Below are positions 49,217-59,811 of a stretch of 64,000 nucleotides of DNA, one piece after another. Both the position numbers and the translations under genes were made by a program. Position 1 is the stretch's first letter. Every line of letters begins with the position of its first letter. The notes under the pieces were generated by a model that saw only the letters and a program-made list of their open reading frames with translations, was not told the origin of the DNA and searched no databases. Source of the DNA: Zancudomyces culisetae HAW-14-8 (lineage: Eukaryota; Fungi; Kickxellomycota); assembly GCA_052426225.1 (NCBI GenBank), contig JBNJNM010000006.1, forward strand, positions 2,170,001 through 2,234,000, read 5' to 3'.

Positions 49217-52200
49217 TTCCCCCCCTTGAATCTTGATCGTCCTCGATCGATTCTGTGTTACGTGGTTGTTTGTCGGCTTGTGCTCCAGTTGTTCTAGCAC
49301 TACCTGTATATAAATCCGGTATTATTGAATACTCGGGATAGTATTTTCTTAACCTATCCACGTGAACTTTATCGACGTGTCCTTGTCTGTCCTTTATCTC
49401 ATAAACTCCGTTTTCCAGTATTGCTGTTATTTCAAAAGGCCCCACGTTTCTATGCATTGTAAATGGGTTTTGTGTGGTGGTTGCTTTTAGAACCTTTTCT
49501 CCAACTTGTAATTTTCTGGGTCTAACTCCTTTGTTATACCTGTCCTCATCGTAAATTTTTTGCTTTTTCGCCAACTCAATTACCAATCTGCGATATGTAG
49601 GCATTTTATTTTCCAAATATTCTAAACGATTTCGCATTGCCATTTCTTTTTCAATATCTTGTGGTAAGTAACTGTTCCATACCTCCGGTGTAAGTAATTT
49701 TAGTCCGTAAACTATTTCTGCAGGGGATCGTCCCAAGGTACGGTGTGGTGTGGTTCTCATAGTTAGCAATACTCTCCATATATATGCATCCCACGATTTG
49801 GGTCTACTTATGGTCTGTTTTATTAGCAATTGTTTTAGTGTCTGTATTGATCTCTCAATTTGACCGTTTGCCGACGGTCTGTATGCAGTAACCTGTTTTT
49901 GCTCGATTCCTAAATATTCGTTGAACCTTGCGCATGCCTCGTTACTTAGATGAGACCCACGATCGGTTATTAATATTTGTGGGACTCCAAAGTTTGCTAT
50001 TATCATTTCTGTAATAAAATTGCAAATCACTTCTGCGTTGATTGATTTTACTGCTAGGGCCACTGGCCACTTTGTGAAATAGTCAATTGCCATAACTATA
50101 TACTTATTTCCTTCTGGTTCACTTATAGGTGCAATTGGTCCAGCTACGTCTAACCCCCATACTCTAAACGGTTCACTTGGTATGATTGGGTGTAGATTCT
50201 CAGCTTTTCTTTGTATGTAGTTTGTTCTTTGGCAGACTTCACACCTTTCAACTATTAGTTTTACCACATTGAAACTCCCTGGTGCATAATAATGCTCTGT
50301 TAAGTATTTGTTTGTGGCACTTATACTTCTATGTTGTTCATAGTGGATCCGGTAAATAGTTTCATACAATTCATTTGGATGTAGGTATTTCCTTTTGGTA
50401 CGATCGGTGTGTATGATGTCATTTTCTATCACTGATAGTTTTGCTAGTAAGTTATCATTGTTCGCCGCAGTATCTTTATTTCTTACTCTTTCTTTTAGCT
50501 CTTCGTATCCCTTTAACGAAATGTATAACACTTCTTCCACTTGCTCTGGGATGTCTTCCCACGGAAACCTGCTCAAGTAGTCTGCAGGGTTACTTTTTCC
50601 CTCTCTGTGTATTACCTTAAAGTTATAATGTCTTAACTTTAATATCCATCTCCCGATTCTTCCTTTCGCTGGTTCTTTTTTAAATAGTTCTACTAAAGCA
50701 CTATGATCCGTAATAACTGTAAATGTTCGTCCATAAAGATAGTAGTGAAAGTGGGTTAATCCCCAAACCACCGCTAGGCCCTCCAGATGCGTAATACTAT
50801 AGTTGCTTTCGGCAGGTGTTAGTGTCCTGCTCGCATAACATACAATTCGTTCTCTACCTTCTTTTCCTTGCGCTAGTATGGCACCCACTCCCGATTTAGA
50901 GGCATCCGTAATCACTGTGAAATCCCAATCCCAGTTTGGGTGGTTTAATATTGGTTGACTTGTTAGTTGTTTTTGAAGAAAATCATATGCCTTTTGTTGG
51001 TCCACACCCCATTCATATGGTACATCTTTCTTTGTTAACGTAGTCAATGGTTTAGCAATGGTAGAGAAGTTTTTTATAAATTTGCGGTAGTATCCTACCA
51101 GCCCTAGATAACTTCTAATACTATCTACATCTTTCGGCGGAGTCATATTTTTGATCTTTTCTACGTTTTCTGTGTCTGGTTTTATCCCAGTCGCAGATAT
51201 GATATGACCCAGATATTTTACCTCTGTATAAGCTAGTCTACACTTGTCTGCGTGTAACTTAATGTTTTTGGTTCTTAGCAGTTCAATTATCCTACGTACG
51301 TCTTGTATATGATCCTCAAATGTTTTTGAATAAATGATTATATCATCTATATAAACCATTGTACACCTATATAATTCTTCTTTTAATACTTCTTCCATTA
51401 CTCTCTGAAAGATTGCTGGGGCGTTGGTTAGCCCAAATGGTAAGACAGTAAATTGGTATAACCCGAGTCCGGGCCCAGGTGTAAACGCTGTCATTTCTTG
51501 GGTTGTTTTGTCGAGGGGTATTTGCCAATACCCACTCAGCGCATCCAGAGTCGTAAAATACTTTGAACCTTGTAAGTTACTTAATATTTCGTCTATGTTT
51601 GGTATAGGATAGGCATCAGTTTTGGTTACCTCGTTTAGTTTCCTATAGTCGACACATATTCTTTTCTTGCCATCTTTTTTGTTAACTACTACCATAGGGA
51701 AACAATAGGGGCTACTGGACTTCACAATTACTCCTTGCGTTATCATTTCTTTAATTTGCTCCATTATTTCTTCCTGTAGTCTCTTAGCCAATCTATACGG
51801 TTTGCATTTGATGGGATTTACGTCCTTAAGTATCATCTTTACGGGGTTTACTTCGGCACCCTGGAAGTCTTCTAAGTTACTGGCAAATCTGTCTCGGTTC
51901 AGTGTTAGCAGCTTAGTAAGTTGATCCTTATGTATATCTATCAACTCCGGATTTATGACGCCGTTTTTTGTGTTTACGGTATTTATTTCAATTATTTTGC
52001 TGTCTGAATGTTCGTTCGTATTGTCTACGCAGCGTAGTATCATTGGTATCTGGTGTAGTTTACCTCCTACATCACAGGTTATTGCATTATGCGTAAAACT
52101 TATTTCTGCTTTTAAGCAAGCAAACAGATCAATTCCAAGTAATAACAAGTCCCTTTTTCCTTCTTTGATTGTGTAGAATGGTGCTTTTATTGCGAAAGTA

Positions 52201-52228
52201 CCGAAATCTAACTTGACAGAAGGATAAT
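49206..52228 (-). CDS. pol: Element B polyprotein, 3' part (end of protease, RT, RNase H, integrase with GPF motif)
   Basis: LLGID, RICVDYRKLN, YIDD, TDAS, HHCC zinc finger, LDVAGP/TDRG/NGQIE DDE triad, VGPF. Confidence 0.93.
49217..49227 (-). other. Element B polypurine tract AAGGGGGGGAA
   Basis: Purine run abutting the 3' LTR. Confidence 0.9.
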
Positions 52229-52233
52229 ATACC

Positions 52234-52644
52234 TGTCATGAACTGATTCTAGAATGTTCAAAAACGTTCTAGAATCATCTGATTTTATTCCGCAGTAATG
52301 TTTAGAATGTTCCCCAACATTCTAGAACATTACCGAAAATTCACATTATTTATTAATTTTTCTTACGTAATAATTTTCACATGTTTAATTTTATTAGCAT
52401 TCGAGTTTGATTTTTGTTTGATTACTAATCCAATTTGATTAGTAATCAAACACGTTTTACTTTAACTTGCATTTTTAGCTATTCCGCAGTTTTCATAGTG
52501 ATTTTGTTCAAAAACCAAGGCTGGAAAAAAGTATAAAAAGGGTACAATTTTCCTGTCTTGGATTCAGTATCTAGTATCTTGTATACATTCATACAATAAA
52601 CTTTAATAATAATAAATATACTCTCCAGACTCCAGATCTTGACA
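52234..52644 (+). repeat. Element A 5' LTR (411 bp)
   Basis: Direct repeat of 57534-57944; TATAAAA at 52532. Confidence 0.96.
52246..52343. promoter_or_regulatory. Two heat-shock-element (nGAAn) arrays in element A U3 (repeated at 57546-57643)
   Basis: TTC-GAA-TTC-aAA-TTC-GAA and GAA-TTC-cAA-TTC-GAA-TTa-GAA-TTC, each in exact 5-bp register. Confidence 0.72.
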
Positions 52645-52704
52645 CTATACTAGATCAAAATATTATATTTATTATTTTCTGAAACCAGCCTAAGTATTTA
52701 AACC

Positions 52705-53925
52705 ATGGAACCATTTAGCCCAGATCAAGTTGAATTCCTCAACAAAGCCGCCGTGACCCTGCCAACAGTTGAAGATGCCCTCCAGCAACTACTAATAAGA
52801 GTAGAAAAAGCCGAGTCTGCCATCAAGGAACACCCTGCCACAGTATCCAAGAAAATTTATGACAAGGTCAAAGCAGACACTACCAAGTCCATCCAGACCA
52901 TTCTTGACTCCATGAACAACCTCCAGTCCGATATCCAGAATTCAGACCAGCTAACCCAAAGCGCCATACAGGCCAACCAGTTGGAAATCCAATCCCTTCA
53001 GGACCAGCTCAGTACCCTCAGGAACGAAGTCATACTTTTTATAACTGAAAACCGTGCCACCAAAGTTGCTAGTACTTCTGAACCTAGTATCAAAGTCAGA
53101 CACCCAGACACATTTTCAGGAAAACCCTCCGCCTGTTCCAACTTCTTTTCACAGCTTGCTCTCGTCTTTGCCGCTTCACCCGATAAATTCAACACTGATT
53201 CAAGTAAAGTCTTGTATGCCATCTCCTACCTCTCAGGCACACCATTCAGTTACATGGAACCTTACCTCATGAAAGCAAACCTTCCAGAGTCTGACCGTCC
53301 TGCCATCCTCTCCAACTACAATCTGTTTAAAGAAACTATCACTCGTGCCTTTGGTGATCCCAACCCTATTGAGAATGCTGATAGGGCAATCCGCCAACTC
53401 CGCCAAACCACTTCCGTTGCCGCATATGCCACTGAGTTTAGACGCCTACAGATGTTAATTGACTGGAACCAACCACCTTTGATCTCACAGTTTCTATCCG
53501 GTCTCAAGTACAACGTATCCCAGAAACTCAACCGTAGAGAACCAATAGAAGACATCGATACCCTGATCGCTACAGCCATCCAGATCGACAACCGCCTCTT
53601 CAGCCATCCACAACGTCGTCAACCTCCAGTTAACCCCACTGCAACTATGCCACCCGAACCCACTGCTTACAACCCGTTTGCTTCACCTGTTTCTGCACCA
53701 TCTACCACTCCACCAGCTAATAGTGATGGACCGCAACCAATGGATCTCAGTACCGCTTCATCGACTAGAAGACCACCACTTACTCCTGCTCAAAGAGCAT
53801 ACCGTATCGAAAACAACCTCTGTCTCTATTGTGGCGGTAATGACCATTTCAACATCAACTGTCCAAAGAAACGCCACAACATGTCCAGCATTACACCAAC
53901 ACAGGAAAACGACACCGCCCAGTAG
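52705..53925 (+). CDS. gag: Element A Gag
   Basis: PDTFSG...YAISYLSG, LRQTTSVAAYATEF, PQPMDL, zinc knuckle CLYCGGNDHFNINC. Confidence 0.93.
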   Translation: MEPFSPDQVEFLNKAAVTLPTVEDALQQLLIRVEKAESAIKEHPATVSKKIYDKVKADTTKSIQTILDSMNNLQSDIQNSDQLTQSAIQANQLEIQSLQDQLSTLRNEVILFITENRATKVASTSEPSIKVRHPDTFSGKPSACSNFFSQLALVFAASPDKFNTDSSKVLYAISYLSGTPFSYMEPYLMKANLPESDRPAILSNYNLFKETITRAFGDPNPIENADRAIRQLRQTTSVAAYATEFRRLQMLIDWNQPPLISQFLSGLKYNVSQKLNRREPIEDIDTLIATAIQIDNRLFSHPQRRQPPVNPTATMPPEPTAYNPFASPVSAPSTTPPANSDGPQPMDLSTASSTRRPPLTPAQRAYRIENNLCLYCGGNDHFNINCPKKRHNMSSITPTQENDTAQ

Positions 53926-56900
53926 ACAGTAAGGGACACCTATTGGGCAACTTAGCCAGTCCCCACGCCACTGTAACCACTCCTGTTTCTGACACCCAAT
54001 CTCCTGATAAACCAAACACCTTGACCATTCCTGTAACCATCTTGTCCAAGCACCACCACATCAAAACCTACGCTATGGTTGATTCTGGTGCTTCGTCCTC
54101 GTTCATTGACGCCACCTTTGCTCTAAAAATCAATCTCCCATCTATATCTAGAAAAATGACAATCACTCTCGCTGACGGATCAAAGCTTAGATCCAACTCT
54201 GCCTCCCAAGTAACACTAAAAATCAATGATAACCATCTCGAAAGTATCTATCTGCAACAACTAGATCTTGGATCTTCACCAATCATCCTTGGTCTTTCCT
54301 GGCTTCAACAACACAATCCTGACATCAACTGGACTGAGAACATAGTCCATCTGCCTTGTACCTTGACTTCTTGTGGGCCCAACCATGTCAACCTAGACAT
54401 ATCTCTTGTGGGCTCAAACCAGTTTAAAGAACATCTGAAGGCACCAGACACTGTCTATGCTGGTGCAATTACCGTGAACAATCTTGAATCCCTTGTAGCT
54501 CCTGAATCCTGTGAAAATCTCTGTCTTGTCTCTGAATCTAATCCTGAAAACCCTGTAACTCCTGTAATCCCTGAAAAGTATAAAATGTTTGAATCTGTCT
54601 TCTCTGAATCCCAATCTGCCAAACTGCCTGAACATCGTCCATATGATCATACCATTCCTTTGCTTCCTGACTCAAAGATACCATATGGCCCATTGTACAA
54701 CCTCTCCCAATTGGAACTAAAGACCCTGTACGACTACATTCAGGAAAACCTAGCCAATGGTTTTATCCAACGCTCTGAATCCCCGGCTGGGGCTCCCGTC
54801 CTATTTGTAAAAAAGAAAGATGGTAGTCTCCGGTTGTGCGTCGACTATAGAGCCCTGAATAAGATCACTGTCCCCAACCGTGCAGCCTTGCCACTCATCT
54901 CTGAAACCTTGGATCGGCTTGGCAAAGCCAAGATATTCACCAAGCTGGATATGAAATCCGCATACCACATGATCAGGATCTCGCCTGGTGAAGAATGGAA
55001 GACCGCGTTTCGTACACGCTACGGCCACTTCGAGTATAAGGTCATGCCGTTTGGCCTTATGAATGCTCCAGCCACGTTCCAGTCCTTTGTTAACGATCTC
55101 TTCCGTGAATACATTGATCAATTCCTTGTTGTGTACATCGATGATCTGTTAATCTACTCAGATGATATCGATAAGCACTATGACCACGTCTGCCTTGTCT
55201 TGAAGAAGCTTCAGGAACACAATCTCACCCTCAAGCTAGAGAAATGTGAGTTTGATGTACAATCAGTACAGTTCCTCGGTTTTGTAATTGGCCCCAACGG
55301 AATCTCTATGGATCCATCTAAAGTATCCAGCGTCACCGAATGGAAGACACCAACTTGTGTCCGTGACGTTCAGGCATTCCTTGGCCTTACAAACTTCTAC
55401 CGCCGTTTTATTCTGAACTACTCCAAGATATCTCTGCCGCTCACCGCCTTGTTGAAAAAAGGTGTCCAATTCCAGTGGACACCCAAAGCTGAAGAAGCTT
55501 TCGCCTTGCTAAAAGAAACCATGATCAGTAACCCAGTCTTAGCTCACTACAATCCTGACCAGCCTTGTATCATCGAAACCGATGCATCAGATTTTGCATT
55601 AGGTGCCATTTGCAGCCAGTATGACAACGAGGGACAACTCCACCCTGTTGCATACTACTCCCGGAAACTCCTGCCTGCTGAAGTGAATTATCAAATCTAT
55701 GATAAGGAACTGTTAGCAATTATCGACGCTTTTGCTCACTGGCGTCACTACCTTGAATTTTCTGTACACCCAACCGTTGTTATGACCGACCATAAAAACT
55801 TGGAATACTTCTCCACTACCAGAAATCTTAGTCGCCGCCAAGTCAGATGGTCAGAATACCTCAGTAACTTCAACTTTGTCATCAAGTACCGCCCTGGAAA
55901 ACAGAACACTGCCGCCGATGCTCTTTCTCGGAAAGACCAACCTTGGAAGGGGGGTGACTCCCGTACTGACCAAAACAAAATAACTTTGCTGCCTCCTGAA
56001 ATCTTCTTGAAGTCCATGACTAGTACACCTGTTGAACCTTTGTCCTCCACGCTCATGAACAACATCAAGTCACTACAACCCAAAGACACGTACTTTGGAC
56101 CCATTTACACTGACTTATCCAAGAAACCTGATTCCCATGAAAAGTTCGCTCTTGTTGACAATCTTCTGCACTATGATGGACTAATCTGTATCCCCTCAGA
56201 CGACAACATCAAAAGAACAATTCTGATTGAATGCCATGATTCCCCTGCTGCCGGCCACTTTGGAAATGCAAAGACATACGAACTTGTATCTCGCAACTTT
56301 TACTGGCCAACCATGAGAAAATATATCAAAGACTACATCTCTGGTTGCGATACCTGTCAACGCAACAAATCCTCTCGCCATAAACCATATGGCTACCTCG
56401 CTCCACTTCCCGTTCCTGATTCACCTTGGTCATCTGTTTCTGTCGACTTCATCACTCAGCTACCTCCATCCAATAACTTTACTGCAATCTGTGTATTTGT
56501 GGATCGCCTTACCAAGATGGCGCATTTTGTTCCCACAACCAATGAAATTGATGCTGAAGGTACTGCAGATCTATTTATCCAACATGTCTTCTGCAAACAT
56601 GGGCTCCCTAAAGACATCGTATCTGATAGAGGTGTGACCTTCAATTCATCATTCATGCGTACTCTAATGAAATCACTGAATATTGAACAGAAAATGTCCA
56701 CCGCATTCCATCCTCAGACAGATGGACAAACTGAACGCGTAAACTCTGTATTGGAACAGTATCTCAGGTGCTACATTGATTACCAACAAACTGATTGGTC
56801 AAAGTGGTTACCAATTGCCGAATTCGCCTACAACAACACATCTCATGCTTCTACTAAGACCACACCTTTCTACGCAAACTATGGCTTCCATCCACGCTTC

Positions 56901-57521
56901 TCAGTCATAATCCCTCGTACTCAAGTTTTAAATCCTGCTTCCTCTGATAGATCCAAACGACTATCTGATATCCATCAAGAACTGAAGTTTAACATCTCCC
57001 TTGCCCTTGAAGACCATGAGAAATACTACAACCGAAAAGTATCATCACAACCTGACTTCAACATTGGTGATATTGTCTATCTCTCAACTAAAAACATCAG
57101 GACTCAAAGACCAAGCAAGAAGCTTGACTATCGGAAACTTGGTCCATTCAAAGTATTGGAAAAGATTGGACAAAGATCATACAAACTTCAGCTACCACAC
57201 ACAATGAAGATTCACCCAGTATTCCACGTCAATCTCCTTGAACCTTGTAAACCAGATCTGATCCCAGACAGACTATCAAAACCGCTTCCACCTGTGATCA
57301 TTGATGGTCAAGAAGAATATGAAGTTGAGAAAATCCTAGATAGTAAAATATTTGGTAGAACTGTCAAATACCTGGTACACTGGAAAGGATACCCAGACAC
57401 TGAACGTACCTGGCAAACATATTCTGACTTAGCAAATGCAAAATATCTTGTCACTGAATTCCATCGTCACCATCCTGAAAAACCAAAGCCAACACAAATG
57501 CTTCACGGAGCTCAGCCTTAA
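53904..57521 (+). CDS. pol: Element A Pol (PR-RT-RNaseH-IN-chromodomain), in the -1 frame relative to gag; start given at the putative slippery site
   Basis: MVDSGA, RLCVDYRALN, YIDD, ETDASD, HHCC, DDE, LGPF, EEYEVEKIL...YLVHWKGYP...TW chromodomain. Confidence 0.94.
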   Translation, partial: GKRHRPVDSKGHLLGNLASPHATVTTPVSDTQSPDKPNTLTIPVTILSKHHHIKTYAMVDSGASSSFIDATFALKINLPSISRKMTITLADGSKLRSNSASQVTLKINDNHLESIYLQQLDLGSSPIILGLSWLQQHNPDINWTENIVHLPCTLTSCGPNHVNLDISLVGSNQFKEHLKAPDTVYAGAITVNNLESLVAPESCENLCLVSESNPENPVTPVIPEKYKMFESVFSESQSAKLPEHRPYDHTIPLLPDSKIPYGPLYNLSQLELKTLYDYIQENLANGFIQRSESPAGAPVLFVKKKDGSLRLCVDYRALNKITVPNRAALPLISETLDRLGKAKIFTKLDMKSAYHMIRISPGEEWKTAFRTRYGHFEYKVMPFGLMNAPATFQSFVNDLFREYIDQFLVVYIDDLLIYSDDIDKHYDHVCLVLKKLQEHNLTLKLEKCEFDVQSVQFLGFVIGPNGISMDPSKVSSVTEWKTPTCVRDVQAFLGLTNFYRRFILNYSKISLPLTALLKKGVQFQWTPKAEEAFALLKETMISNPVLAHYNPDQPCIIETDASDFALGAICSQYDNEGQLHPVAYYSRKLLPAEVNYQIYDKELLAIIDAFAHWRHYLEFSVHPTVVMTDHKNLEYFSTTRNLSRRQVRWSEYLSNFNFVIKYRPGKQNTAADALSRKDQPWKGGDSRTDQNKITLLPPEIFLKSMTSTPVEPLSSTLMNNIKSLQPKDTYFGPIYTDLSKKPDSHEKFALVDNLLHYDGLICIPSDDNIKRTILIECHDSPAAGHFGNAKTYELVSRNFYWPTMRKYIKDYISGCDTCQRNKSSRHKPYGYLAPLPVPDSPWSSVSVDFITQLPPSNNFTAICVFVDRLTKMAHFVPTTNEIDAEGTADLFIQHVFCKHGLPKDIVSDRGVTFNSSFMRTLMKSLNIEQKMSTAFHPQTDGQTERVNSVLEQYLRCYIDYQQTDWSKWLPIAEFAYNNTSHASTKTTPFYANYGFHPRFSVIIPRTQVLNPASSDRSKRLSDIHQELKFNISLALEDHEKYYNRKVSSQPDFNIGDIVYLSTKNIRTQRPSKKLDYRKLGPFKVLEKIGQRSYKLQLPHTMKIHPVFHVNLLEPCKPDLIPDRLSKPLPPVIIDGQEEYEVEKILDSKIFGRTVKYLVHWKGYPDTERTWQTYSDLANAKYLVTEFHRHHPEKPKPTQMLHGAQP

Positions 57522-57530
57522 GAGGGGAGG
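57520..57530 (+). other. Element A polypurine tract AAGAGGGGAGG
   Basis: Purine run 3 nt before the 3' LTR. Confidence 0.88.
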
Positions 57531-57533
57531 TCG

Positions 57534-57944
57534 TGTCATGAACTGATTCTAGAATGTTCAAAAACGTTCTAGAATCATCTGATTTTATTCCGCAGTAATG
57601 TTTAGAATGTTCCCCAACATTCTAGAACATTACCGAAAATTCACATTATTTATTAATTTTTCTTACGTAATAATTTTCACATGTTTAATTTTATTAGCAT
57701 TCGAGTTTGATTTTTGTTTGATTACTAATCCAATTTGATTAGTAATCAAACACGTTTTACTTTAACTTGCATTTTTAGCTATTCCGCAGTTTTCATAGTG
57801 ATTTTGTTCAAAAACCAAGGCTGGAAAAAAGTATAAAAAGGGTACAATTTTCCTGTCTTGGATTCAGTATCTAGTATCTTGTATACATTCATACAATAAA
57901 CTTTAATAATAATAAATATACTCTCCAGACTCCAGATCTTGACA
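57534..57944 (+). repeat. Element A 3' LTR
   Basis: Copy of 52234-52644 with no differences found by eye. Confidence 0.96.
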
Positions 57945-59811
57945 ATACCGGTATGGATTCCTTTCCTCCAACGCCTAAAATTGTAACTTCTGTCGCTTGT
58001 CCATCCCCTAAGTCTAATGTCCTTGCCATTGCACAGCTCATTAAGTTGGTTGCTGCTCCTGAATCGTACTGAAACATGGTTTGCTTCCCATTAATAGTCA
58101 CTAATCCCATTATTGCTTTTATATTCCTACTCATCTCTTTTTGGCATAATACTGTATTTGGTGTTTGTTTTCCTAACTCTACGAGATTGACTTCTTTATT
58201 CTGGCTATTGTTGGCTGAGTTTTTTATAGGTGATGCAGTCTTCATTTCTATGTCCTCGATTTCTGTGGGACAATTACTCGCATAGTGTCCATTTTTCCGA
58301 CACTTGTAGCACCTAACGTTACTATTATCTTTGGTTTGATATCTGCTATTCCTTGATGGGGTCTCATACATAGTTCTACTATTTACGTTTACGTTTTCTT
58401 TTACTTTATATTGATTGGTTTTTGAAGTAATGGAATTGTTATATTTAGTGTTATTCTTATAGTTATTATTAGTATTAGTAGTTGAAATGTTTTTGTTGTT
58501 ATATGTTTTGTAGTTTTTATTAATGTTATTTACGTATTTTGTATTGTTTATTATTCTTATTCCTTGTGATTTTTTTGTCTCAATTATATCCTCCTCCCGT
58601 TGTATCATATATGCTAGCATTGATTTCATTGTTATCCCACCTGCGAGGTTTCGTACGTGTTGCTTATCCGTGGGGTTTAACTTTTTAAATACTTCTTCAG
58701 CCATTTTGGTTTCATCGTTTACTTGCATATTTTTAAATAGTCTTTTTAGGTCTGCGAATGTGGTAATTGGGTTATTGTTATATAAATTGTACTTCTCGAA
58801 CTGCTTTCTTGCCTCCGTTGTATCTCTATACTTGTTACATGTCGATATAAATAGGGTACAGTATTCAGTCCAATCCTCTTGAATTACCATCAAATCCGTT
58901 AATGTTTTCTTTATTGAACCATCTATAAAAGTTTCCAGATAAAGATATGTTTCCTCCAGGGTCAATATTTGTTCTAATGCATTCACATGTTTACAAAAAA
59001 GGTTCAAGAACTCTTCTGGATCTTGGTCCCATGCGTTAGTAAATATTGGTGGTGGGACTGGTAACCATCCTGGTGTATTGTCGTTCTGTCCGCGTTTCAT
59101 ACGTTCCTGGGTAGCTTTTACGTTTGATTCTAATACTTCCTTAATAGATTTGTTCCCTATTACTTGTTGTCTTAATTTGGTCTTGCTTGTGCTAGCTTCG
59201 GGTTTCTCTTTTTGTTTACCATTACCAGTATCAAAATTAAAAATTTCAATTGTTTTTGGTGCGTATTCTTTGATTTTATTCACTCCATTAACAAACAATC
59301 TTCTAGCTACTTGAGCTGTAGTAGGGCTAGGTGGTGTATTTTCATTGTTGGTACTTTGTGGTGAAAAATACATAGCCGGGGACGCGGCTAAATCTGTGCT
59401 TGTGCCGCTCTGGTTTCCATCCATGAGATCATTATTAGAAAATGATCCTGTCGCTGACGCCATGTCGTAATAATCATAATTCGTGTAACCATGATTATTA
59501 AGTTCATCATGTGTCATACCAGTTCGGGTATGACCACTTGATGAAGATGCACCACTACCCCGTAGTGTGATGTGCATAATAGGGTGCTCGGGTGAGCTGT
59601 TTCCCCTATACAATGTCGGTGAGATACTGCTCACGGACATTGGTTCTGGGCTCCTACGGATTTGGAGTTGACGGACACTTTCTGTCAACTCCCCAAGAGT
59701 CCGAGGACTTAAAACCCCAGTCTCTTGGTCCATGCTACTAGCCGTGCTCAGGCTGGAGCTAGTTTCTGAATCCCTCTTGGATTTACTCTTGTTATAAAAG
59801 AAATAGTTCAT
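57945..59811 (-). CDS. gag: Element B polyprotein, 5' part (Gag with CCHC knuckle and first half of protease)
   Basis: PPIF...QDPEEFL, CYKCRKNGHYASNC, YDSGA; joins in frame to 52228 once element A and one TSD copy are removed. Confidence 0.9.
59445..59462 (-). other. Element B primer-binding site TGGCGTCAGCGACAGGAT (probably tRNA-Ser)
   Basis: 18 nt starting TGG, abutting the LTR; complement ATCCTGTCGCTGACG-CCA has the T-stem CC and G73 typical of eukaryotic tRNA-Ser. Confidence 0.8.

Larger units (their letters stand above)
52234..57944 (+). mobile_element. Chromovirus (Tf1/sushi/Tcn1-like Ty3/gypsy) 'A', intact, nested antisense in B
   Basis: 411-bp LTRs (TGTCA...TGACA), 5-bp TSD ATACC (52229-52233 / 57945-57949), intact gag and pol, integrase chromodomain. 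Confidence 0.97.

Noticed and set aside
57889-57944. C-terminus (LSRSGVWRVYLLLLKFIV) of the 640-aa ORF
   Set aside because: This is read-through into element A's LTR; the real frame continues at 52228.
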